Origin: Podarcis gaigeae
Lineage: Eukaryota
Reading direction: 5' to 3' (one strand)
Assembly: GCA_964106915.2 (NCBI GenBank)
Contig: OZ066914.1
DNA: 64,000 bases
The notes below the pieces were generated by a model. That model had not been told where the DNA came from and searched no databases. It saw only the letters and a program-made list of their open reading frames with translations. The position numbers were made by a program, and so were the translations under genes. Below, in pieces: positions 25,701 to 36,856 of this stretch. Every line of letters starts with the position of its first letter. Positions within the stretch are counted from its first letter, which is position 1.

Positions 25701-28700
25701 TAAATGGCTTTGGAGGAAATTTTAATTAGAAAAATGGTGCTTTGGGGAGGTCAGATATCTCCCTGTACTCCCCCAGCCCTGTGGTCCTAATCTGATCTCC
25801 ATCTGCTCAAGCAGCTGTTTTTTTTTTACTTTTAGAACAAAAAAAATGTGATTCTGATTTGGATGTCTCACACAAAACACAAGGATCACTTTCAGACAGG
25901 CAGAGCAATCCAAACCTCCCTTATGCTGGACTGGGTGGAGACTGTATTAAGTAGAGGGGTTGCTCTACCCAGCTGCCCTGGCAAATATCACCAGTGCCGA
26001 CTTCCGCTTGCTGGTGGGTTCCCTGCTGGCATGATCCAGCAAAAAGCCCCAAAACACAGTGCTCTGGTAGTGGGGCTACGCCAGCCCTGAATCGGCTGGA
26101 TCCCAGGCAGTTCACCCAATGGCATCAGGTCTGTTCATCTTGTCCCCCACCTTCTGAACTGCACAAAGCCTCACAAGCGAGAGAGGGGAGTGTGGATTGT
26201 GCACAAAAATATGTTAAGTTAAGCAGGCACTGTGGTGGCTTCTAATAATAATTTCTTGCTCTTTCAAGACTTTGCATAGGTCCCTGAAAAAATTGTTTCT
26301 GCAACTAGTGCCTTGGTGTATGGTCACGGTGCAGGATAACAGTGAATATATTAGAGTTGAAGACCTTCAGCTCATGGTAGATGAAATCTCTGAAGAAGTA
26401 GTAAATAAAGAAAAGGTAATTTTGTTCCAGAGCTATGTCTTTTCAAAGTTCTAGTATGAAATTTGCATGTGCTAGTATCAAGCCCTGTATTTATTTTATT
26501 TTACAATTATTAATATGCTGCCTTTTGTTGGGAAAGATAGCAAGGCATTTTCAGAAGAAAACCAAGAAAATATAAACCACAACTTCCAGAGTTCAGGAAA
26601 GATGGTACTATTAAAAAAAATAATCTGGTACAAATATTCAGATAAGATACAGGACACGCTTCCATTAATGCAGTAGAAAATTAGGGTCCTCATTGAATTT
26701 TGCTTCAAAGAATCACTTTGGCTGTGTTAGGTTTTTTTAATTACCTCAGTCCTGATTCTGCTTATACTTATAAAAACCAACCAATTAATTCCTTTAAAGT
26801 CTTATAAATCTCCTTGCACTAGTGTAACTGTTTAGTTAGATAAGGCTTCTATGTTTTGAGGAAGACGTCTTCAATGTTTCTGTATGCACCCTCAGCCAAG
26901 ATTTAAAACTACTTCATCCTGAACCCCCCTTTTTGTCTTGCATCCTACAGAGAAGTTGTGTGCCTTCACAAGAAGCTTTGTATGCAATGGTGTCTCACTT
27001 TCAAAAGCTCTTTGATGTGAAATCTATTAATGGAATTTATCCTCGCATGAATGAAGTTTATACAAAACTTGGTGAAATGATCAATGCTATGAGAAACCTC
27101 TGTGATCTTTTAGAACTAGGTATGGATAATCTTTCCCTTCCTCCGATGTGCATCCCTCAGCTTGGGATGCAATAATAAAAAATAATAAATGCAGGGTGTC
27201 GTAATAATTGCTAAAACGTAATTTCAAATAAATACGATTTAGAATATTGTCTGGCTTCCGAGTGGGTGTCTGTTGTACTTTCCCAGATCTGCTCTTTGTG
27301 TTTAGTATCTCCCAAAGCTTGGTCCTGTCCCCCAGTATCCTTAACGTTATTGCTTTTTAAAACAATCTGTATCCGGAATGGAACCTCGAGAATCATTCCA
27401 CATTTAGTGTGTGTGTTTGTGTTGGCAGTCACTTCCAGTGAGATTGCTCCTTGGTTTGTGTGTCTTGAAATGGATGTTTTCTTCCCAGATACTTCTGCCC
27501 CACCCAGTGTCCTGGTCAACAGGGTTGGAAAGCTGTGCAGTCTGCTCAATGAGAATGTGTCCCAGCAGGTAGAGCAGTTGCTGGGCACCCCTGACATCCA
27601 AAGGTATGCAAGCCCTTGATAAATCATAGTAGTAACTCTTGAATGATACATTTAGATCCATATTGCTGTGGTCATTCTCAGTACTTCATTCAATAGATCA
27701 GCCCTCAAAACCCATAACTTCCTTTTGAACCCTCTGGAATAACCCCTCAGGCTTAGTGGTTTGGAAGACTATGTGCATGTAACTAAAAGGACACTTCTTT
27801 ATTCTGTTTGCTTCTACCTCTGCTTTCCTTGTGTCAGTTTCTGGATTGTGAGCCCAGCAGGGCAAAACCTTGTCCTGGTAAGGCACCATTTATCTGGATG
27901 GTGGTACCAAATAGTTGGCTATCCTAAGAAAGTATTTTATTGGTCATCTCCATGCAGCTATGGTGCAACCCATTCTTTGTGGAATCAGGCTATGGCAAGT
28001 CTTCCGCTGCTGTGTCAAGTGACCTTTGTCGATCTGGTGCTCCATGTTGGATGGGGCTGATGGGTGTTTTAGTCTACTGTACCATGCTGGCAAAGGCTGC
28101 TGTAGAAGACCCTCACAGCCTTTTTACACAAGCCCTGCTTTTGCAGTTAAATAGCCAGTGGCAATTGAAGTACATATATATTGACATCATAGAAGTAGTT
28201 ATGGAACATTCCATGATGGGACCTCATTTTAATCTAATCCTAGAACTAAGAATCAAGTTTTCTTTGGGGGGGGGGCACTGTGACCCTCTCAATAGAATAG
28301 CTGCCTTGATATATGATCTCTCATACTCCACTGATGAGTGATATTATTTCTGCTACCTTTTGATTTGTAATCTGAAGTTAATACTGCTTCCCCAGCCCAT
28401 TGTGACTTGGCTTCTGCATGAGATCAGACTTAAGTTTTAATAAACTATGGACTGCACAACTTTGTTGGTCACTTGGAGTATACGTGACACACTTCTTTTG
28501 TAGAAATTCCTTAAACTATGGCCTTTCCCTGCTGTTGTGGCAAAGCAGGGGTGAGGAAACTTTAGGGGAGAAGCTGCATCATGCCAGTTGAAAGCTGTTG
28601 GAGTGTAGTGCCATAGTTGGTGAGGCCAGACAGAGGGCCCCTGCCCCATGGAAACAGACATCCTATTATTGCTGACTACCCTATTTAAAAAGGAGAGAGA

Positions 28701-30161
28701 AGCAGTGCACAGCTTTGGTATTGTTTGTTTTCTTAGAGGCTAGATAAGTGTTCTCATGTTTCAGCAGTACTGCAAGGCAGCAGTTAAGCACCTACACTCC
28801 TAGCTGCTAAAGATGCAAGTAGCATAGCTCTGCCAATTTACACTATTCAAATTGCTGGCTACATGTAGCCATATACCCCATAGAGTAATTGCAAGGGAAG
28901 AGAATCATATTTGACCCCAGTTTCAAGGTAAAACACATCCATAAGCAGAGATGTAGCCTGAAGTAATAGTGTGAGTATGGTGTTAGAAACAGATGACCCT
29001 AGATGGATCTTATCAAGGAGAATTCTTATAAGGAGAATTTTGAAACTTGGAATATGAAGAGCTGGGAGGAAGGAAGCACAGATTTCAATGGGTTAGTTTC
29101 TGAAATGAAAACTGCAGGGAAATGAATGTGGCACAAATGATTTTTTTTCCAGCATTGTCGACGAGTTAAAAGAACATGATAACTTTTTCCAAGCATTTAA
29201 AGGTCTTATTGAAGACTTGCTTCATATTCTAGGTAAGTGATTTCTGCAACTTGCATCTTCCTGGTTCCCCAGAATCAGAACAGACGTAGGCAGGCATTCT
29301 GTTATTTATTATCTATACTAATAGGAAGTACTTGATGGAATGTTTCTCAGTTGTGTTTTCTGGTTCCTCAATCGCTACTGTTCCCTAACTTTTCTAGTTT
29401 TAGGCATGTGTACAGGTATTCCTATACCTGCAAATGTACATTTCACTCCACCCCACCCCCCACACCTAAAGCATACAACAGCATGCTTACTAGCTCCTTA
29501 GTTGTCATGTTTCCCAGTATGCAAAATTTAGGACTTTGCCTTTTGAGAGGGAGCCAAAATCATTTCCCATTTGGGTTTTCCCATTTTTAATCCTAAAGTC
29601 TTACACAAGACCTCAGTATTTATTTTTTTAAAAACACCCAAGCCCCATTTATGTAGTGCTATTATAGTCTATTGTATCCACCCCCTTTATTTTTACTAGA
29701 ATGCAGATCTCCACATCCTCTTTTGAAATAGATAGGAAACGTTTGAGTGGCTGAAAACAAAATGGCTAGGTAGTACTTATTTGGCTGAGGTGCGAACAGA
29801 AGTAGGGGCAAGGCAATAGATCACTCACCAAAACACAAGAAGTGACAAACCACCCACTGAAAAAATGCTGTAAGGAACATCCATGTCATCAGTAGCTGGG
29901 TATATACAACAATTTTATACTTAAATTTTATATTAGGTGGGCTGGGGAAGCAGGCTGGCATTTTGACGCTACAGTAAGCTCCTGTACAGCCTGCCCTTTC
30001 TGAGGAGACACAACCCGAGTTTATTACTTTGCACAAAGTTATTGTCATCTAGATTTGCACTGTAATAAGTACTGCATATAACAATCACTTTTCTCATTTC
30101 AGAGGTCAGAAATCTGACAGATATAGTACCTGCTGTGCAGAAGCTGAAATGGAAAGCCTGA
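16792..30161 (+). CDS. CEP70: Centrosomal protein of 70 kDa (about 583 aa if started at 16792; N-terminus uncertain). Exons: 16699-16800, 17501-17600, 18469-18592, 19499-19679, 19960-20129, 21798-21857, 22090-22192, 23188-23276, 23786-23857, 24590-24689, 25123-25296, 26269-26415, 26951-27119, 27489-27603, 29153-29232, 30103-30161
   Basis: The spliced ORF is continuous (1743 nt from 17501 to the stop). It carries CEP70 motifs [101 protein letters not shown] and [10 protein letters not shown]. Introns are GT-AG, and the gene lies between FAIM and ESYT3 as in human. Confidence 0.95.
18040..18428 (+). mobile_element. L2-type LINE 3' fragment with (AAT)n tail
   Basis: Remnant ...[21 protein letters not shown]... 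matches the L2 ORF2 C-terminal motif, followed by a 3'UTR and an aataataat tail. Confidence 0.75.
24191..24383. mobile_element. Truncated mariner-type MITE related to 61824-62064
   Basis: Starts ta|cagtcaaacctcggctccc and shares the internal tttcggctcccgaa...aacgtttttcggaagc with the 61.8-kb element. Confidence 0.7.
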
Positions 30162-30228
30162 TGATTATGTAAGCCATGTCTCAACGTAATACTTACCTAC
30201 CTCTGTGTGTGTGTGTGTATAGCTGTTG

Positions 30229-30234
30229 AATAAA
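30229..30234 (+). terminator. CEP70 proximal poly(A) signal AATAAA
   Basis: AATAAA about 70 nt after the stop codon, followed by T-rich sequence. Confidence 0.7.
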
Positions 30235-30330
30235 AGGTTTTAACTATTGAAATTTTGATATTCACACATAATGGTCCAAGGGATTTTTTTTTCTCTCCAA
30301 AAAGTCACAATACCACAGTGTTTAAGTTTC

Positions 30331-30336
30331 TTTATT
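30331..30336 (-). terminator. Likely ESYT3 poly(A) signal (AATAAA on the minus strand)
   Basis: tttatt at 30331-30336, about 700 nt past the ESYT3 stop. Confidence 0.6.
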
Positions 30337-31038
30337 AAAATCAGTTTTGTACTCAGTTTAATTTCAGAAAACACATGCATCTTTGGCATAATAAATATAG
30401 TTTAAGATTGTAGGGGTTCAGAATGCACTTTGGTTGTGAACCAGAAGACTGTAGCTGCAAAACAGTTTTCCAGTCATCCCTGCACTGGCTTAAAAAGAAG
30501 AAGCTGGCACTGAAGTAACAGTCATCACCCCCTGCTGCCCCCCCCCCATCTCAGGAAGAGGGTGCAGGGCAAATAGTGACATATTCTGTGTGAAAGTTTT
30601 ATATAGCCCTCTGTTATTACAGAAGGTTCCTGAGGTCTCTGCTTCTCAATCAAATAGAGGTGGTGGTCTTGAAGTACCACCTGTTTCATTTCAGCAATCA
30701 CCGAGAAGGGGCTTTGACTCTCTGCCAGAGCTCCAGATGAGGTGTGCTAGCACTGTACTGCACTACAACCTGGAAGCATTTCCTAGACTGAAGACCCAAT
30801 GCATGCCACAGGCGTGCATATGAATGTTCATTTTAATTGTGTATTATTGCCAGCAGTACTGCCATCGCAAGTGACCGCAGAACTATTGCCAAAACAGTGC
30901 ATCTTGAATAAATATTTTATAGAAGCGTATTAAACAATGTGATGAAGATAAATAAAAAATTACAAAGCTATTTTGTAATTAAAAAGTTCAAAATATACAT
31001 ATGTACACTTGCTTCAGCTGTTCATCAGGCAACAGGTA

Positions 31039-34000
31039 TCAACTTTGGGGCTGTCCAGGCTGTCCATTTCTTGTTAGCTGATACCTACAGAAGAACGAAC
31101 AGAATTGCATTACAAAAATTGCTGGACAGACACTTCCTCCCCCCGTCACTTTTTAAAGCTGATTTTTCTAGTAAGGTTAGACTAGAGGTGATCCCTTTTA
31201 GGAAAAAAATTTGTTCTAAAATCAGCAGCAATCCATAACAATTGTAGGAACTGTGCAGGCATTGAAACTACCACATACAACCTTTTGATGCCCTACTATA
31301 ACTAAAACCCATGTAACTTTTTTTTTTTGTTATGTTCTTATAACCTGTAAATGTAAACATACCATTGGGAGAAGCCCCTGACTAAGTCTTCCTTTGACAA
31401 GTCAATCAGCACCTTCAAAACAAACAAACAAATTAAAAATTAAGAGATATTTCAAATAACTTGCTTGAATATTTTCGTTAACTGTCTGAATTACAGATAA
31501 ATGGTTCAAAAATAAGTAGAGATGATTACCAGGCATAGAAACTGCAAGCAAGTTTTTATTGAGTTATCCTTTGAATGCAGGCGTACTCTTTAATGCAGAG
31601 AGGATGTTGTGACAGCACCAGAATTTTGAATATAACAGCAAATGCTTGATTAGTTGGGTACAGGAGATTTCTCTCTTAAGAATGCAATAGAAGTTGTGAG
31701 AAAGGGGGTATCATGGCACAACTTGAAGTATATTTAATCTTTCTGCCATGCAATCAATTTCACCAGCTTATTTGCCCTCGTCTTAACTTCTGAAAGCAGT
31801 GCCATACCTTTCCAAGCTCCTTCCTTTCATGTGAAATAAATCGCCGTCTGTTTTTCACTGCAATGTCTAAGGCTCGTTTCTTGATGTCTTCCAGAGTGTC
31901 AAAAAATTCAAACCTAGAAGTATAGACAGGAAATGCGTATATGAATAGGCACGGAACACAATACGACGAAGAAGTTAAAGCTTTGCAAATTAATTGAAAA
32001 CACTGCTTCTGATAAGCAATACATTCTTAGCTGCCAAATGTTTGCATCATTGAGATTAGATGAATGGATGAGACAGTTTGACCACACAATCAAGTGGTAT
32101 ATAAATTTTACGAAAAACTAAATAACTACTTCCCTCACTGGTCTTTGCACAGAGGGAAGCATGATTTTTATAAATGTTTTAATGATTTTTAAAAATAGAT
32201 AACAATTACAAAAGCATTATGTTTTCTGAAGCCCGGGTTGATCTGAAACCACCTTCATCCCCTATTTCAGAGACCACAATTAGGGGGTGTGGTACTAGAA
32301 TATCAGATTTTCACTTTTTACCCACAAACTGAAACATTAAGATTGTGTGTGTGTACACACTGCAGGCCAGTGCTACTTTTGACCCTTCTGGGCACTTCAT
32401 GCAAAACAGAAAGATCACTCCATTTCAGAGGCACTCAGTGATCTGATGGAAGTGGACCATCTCCTTGTTACCTCTAAACCAGGTGTGCAGAACCTATGGC
32501 TTGTCACTTGCTGGACTCTCAAGGCCCATTAATCCCAGGCAGCATGGTCAGGGGTGATGGGAAATGTAGTTCAGCAACAGCTGGAGGGCTAAAGGTTCCC
32601 CATCCCAACTCTAGACAGATAACCTTTTCCTGCTGAGTGTGCTGTAATCTCATGCTCAGAGCTGAAGATACCCAGCTGCTCAGGGGCCATGGACATAGCT
32701 CAGTCTGCCCAGTGGCAGGCTTCTGACAAAAGCCTAAGGCAGATCAATTTATCCTCTGCTTTCAGCACACGTTGCTTACCCATTAAGCATTCAGGATCAT
32801 GAAAGCAAGCCTTTCTCAGAAGAGGGAAGCTGATATACAGAGGAGGGTTCATATTTTCTCTGTTTGAGCTGAGCAGACTTGCTTTAATATTAGATGACGG
32901 GGGTCATTTGGTTTGGATCCTAATGAGGTTTCCACTTGTAGGAATGTTTTTAAATGATACAGTTTTAATTATGTGAAGGCTAGAAATACATTTTTCAGAT
33001 TCTTTGTGCTCCCTCACAGATCTGCTCTGGAGGGTTAAAGGGGATCCCTCTAGAGCAGCAGGAGAGGGAGCTGGGAGAAATAAAATTTGCCTTATTCCTG
33101 AAATAATCCTCTGCTGAATCCCAGTCCTGCCCATGAATGAAAGTAGCCCTTCTGTTCACAGATGGCTAGCTGGGATCCCAGCCAGGGTCAGATTATTGTT
33201 CACTTAAAAATTGTGATGTGCAGGATTTTGGAGGCATGCTGCTCCTCTTCGCACGTAAAGAAACAAAATAACAAAATTCTGGTTATTTCAGATACTGTAT
33301 ACACAGGTTCTATGTACCACACCAGAAGATCTAGAAATCAGGTAAATTTTTAAAAGCACCTTCCTACAGCAGATGTAAAAAAGCTTCAAAAAAGTGAGCA
33401 AAACCAAAGAGGGAAAGAAGATACCGGTAACAACAACAACAACAACAACAACAATAATAATAATAATAATTTTTATTTCTACCCCGCCCTCCCCAGCCAA
33501 GGCCGGGCTCAGAGTGGCTTACAAGCAATAATAAAAACAAGTTGAATGATTACAACTTAAAAACAAAATTAAAATACAACATTAAAATATTAAAAGAAAC
33601 TGCTCTTCTCTTACAACATTTTCACCCAAATGATGACAGACTGCCACATCCAGTTCTCCCAGTAAAGGCATAGCTTTAGCCAATGACATATTTAAAGGTT
33701 TCAGTGCAACTGCACATTTCTGGCAAATAAACAGCAGGTAAAACACACAGGGTCTTGACAAGAAAATTCCTTCCAGGTTTTACTTACTTTTCATCATAGT
33801 GAGGATTCAGAGTTCTTTTCTTGACAGTAGTTCTTCTTCGCATTACCCATCTTTTGTCCGGGAGTAAGTAGATGCGGACATAGGGATGTGCTCCTTGCTG
33901 AGAGCAGGGCGTTAAATTCCTTTTGGGAAATGAGATACCATCCTTAGGATTAACAGGTGGAAAAAATGCTTATCTATGGTGTGTTAGGATTGTGCGTATG

Positions 34001-36809
34001 GGTGTGCCCACACTTGTTTTTCCTGCATCTGAAGAAGTTGTAAGAAAAGCAGATTAAGAAGTAAGAGGAATCTGTGGCTCCCAAGCTTTTCTGTAGATAG
34101 GGCTGCTGCTAATACAGTGCTTGAAGCCAGGCAGTTATTGGGCACAGCCAGGCTTGTCACTTCAGTACAAAGCATGCAGTCTACAATAAAGACCCATTAC
34201 CAAATGAAGTGGCTGGACCTGGGCGGGAGGGACGGGGTCAATGGGTGGCAGACTGGTAAGACAGCCAGCAAGACCATGTTTGTAGCTGCATGTGATCCAC
34301 TCCATATTAGAAGGATGTAACAGGATGTTTGAAAATGTGAGCACACCTATGTAGCACATCCTGGTTGTGTCTACAGCAGAAAATTGTGCATACCAAAAAT
34401 CAAGCCCTAAACAATATCAATCACAGAAGACAAAGAGAAACAGCTCTCTCAGGGGTTACCTGCATGCATTGACCAGCACGATAAGAGACTGCCGTAGGGA
34501 TGCATAACGCACAGTGAGGTGAATCTCTCCCAGGGGCATTCCATCATAAAGTGTCCCACTGCAAGATAATGAATTACATTTAAACAAACAAACAAACAAA
34601 ACCTCCTCCAGAAGCTGAACACATGCTGCGTAACTAAGATCCCTACTAACTCACACTAGTATATCTCATCCCCATAAGCTAAACCAACTATAAGCCATTC
34701 CCAAGAGAAGGAATTCTCTGTGCCAAGGAAGATGTATTTGATTCCAGCATCTCTTGGCCCTCTCTGGGGTCATTTCACCTTGAGGTGTGTTCTGAAAACT
34801 ATTCAAATCAGAAAAATACTCTTGTCACAGTAGTATAGATGCTAAACATGGAGTACAAAGAGCCTTCCATCAAAGAGACCTGGAATCCCAGCAGAAAGTA
34901 GAAGGTAGGTCAGCTGCCCAGGAGCAGCTACAGGCATCTAAGCTGAAGGCTGTGACTTTATTTCTATGGGGTCTGTGTGCCGACTGCTAGCCTTTCCTAG
35001 GGCTTGCCCACACTTTTGCTTGCCCTGTGCCTAGAAAGCATGGTCTGAGAGGTTTTCCATTTGTTCTGCCACTTTCCCCAGGAAAACCCACTCTTCACTG
35101 TGGAATTGGAGCAAATGTCGATTTGCGAAAAACCCAACTGATGTTTAATCCAATTCCGCAGGAAAGAGTTGGTTTCTCCCAGGGAAAGTGGTGAGACAAG
35201 TGGAAGTGCATCCCTTCCTTTCACTGAACTTATAACACATGTTGTGTTGCTCTGATCTAAATGCATATCCTGAGAAATAAAAGTCCCCCACAGATTTTGG
35301 GTGATTCCAGAGGGAATTCTAATTAGGTCATTGAAGTATTGAAGATAGGTCATTGGAGACAAGTTTTTGTTATTTCTTTAATTTCCTGGATTTTCCTGGG
35401 AATGGGCTGACATTCTGACAATGTTGTGGGTGCTGCAAAAGTTTTGCATGAGGCACCCCAGTGTCACAAACACACCTTTATCTTGGAACATGCTTAGAGA
35501 ATCCTACACAGGAACACTTATGTACCTTGAAGGTAACGCAAGTCTCAAAACAAACACCCTCTAAAAAAACTAATCTGCCTTAAGGAGTTCCTCTTGCCCC
35601 TTTCGCAGTACCATGAACAACAGGAAATAGCCACAGTAATGCTAGCTTAGAAGATTAGCATCTGCAAGCGGGTCTTTTATTTTCCAAATGTGTGCAGAAA
35701 CAAGCGTACAGCTCATGCTCAGTTTGGGCAAAAATTCACACCGAGGCAGACTTACTTATTGAGATCCAGATTGCTGCAAGTTACATCAAAGTTGGAAGCG
35801 GATATTGAGCCCAGAGACGCAATGCTGGGGGCAACCTGGAGTCTCCGCAGGGCTGGCAGCATACGGCGTGCTGGGATGGTCTGCGCAGGTGTCAAGGATT
35901 TGGGGCGCAAGCCGCCTGTGCCGGCTTGCTCATTAATTCCAGCCACTGCCTCTATCACAATAGGTCCTGCCAATTTCTCATTTACATTTAGGTTAGCATT
36001 GCTCTCGCGTCGGTCACCTTGGGGGTCAGGCAGGCCTAAGTCGCTGCTCCTCTCCTGGGGTGCTTTGGGCACTTCTACTTTTGGTGGTGGTGGAGGAGGC
36101 GGCGGCGGAGGAGGAGGAGGAGGTGGCACATGTGTCTTGCCCTTGGGTTCATCCTGCTCAGTGGCAGGGATGGGAACTTGCTTCGAGGCATTAACCCCAG
36201 TATAGGTACTTTCTGGATCACACTGCTGTATGTCCAAAGCCTGAAAAGAAAATGGGGGGAAAGAAAGAGTAAACAACGTGGTCATAACCAACATTAAGAG
36301 GCGCTGGACAAGGAAGTAGAGTTTTGTCAACTTGATCTGCCATTCTTCTCTGGTAGGGACTTTATCTTCAGATCAAGTTGATGGATTATGCTCAAATGGC
36401 TAAAATGACTGGAAGAATCAGAAATCAGGAAGACCAAAACTTTAACAAGGAATGGGGAAAATGTATAACTTATATTAAAAACCATTGTAAACAGTTAAAA
36501 TTGTTAGTAGGATTGGACTATCACTTGTAGTTTAATGGTGAATTTTGAACAATGGAGAGGTAAAAGATTTGGATTATCATAAAAGATGCAAGAGGAAATG
36601 ATTAAGAACAGGACCCACAAAGGGGAGGAGGGAAGTCCAAGAGATTCCTTGGAATCTTGTTTTTATGTTGTATGTTGGATATGTGACTGTAAATTTTTAA
36701 TCTGAAAAACCAAATAAATAAATTAAAAATTAAAAAAGGAAGTAGTTTTGTCTTCCACTAACAAAGGATACTTCTAAAGTGCTCCAAATTCACAGTGGGA
36801 AGAGTTCGT

Positions 36810-36856
<47 letters not shown>

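Noticed and set aside
34022-34060. Second CTGAAGA motif as a possible hammerhead
   Set aside because: No convincing stem II, and no GAAA/UH arrangement follows.
35690-36205. 171-aa plus-strand ORF with poly-Gly
   Set aside because: It is the antisense shadow of the ESYT3 polyproline exon.
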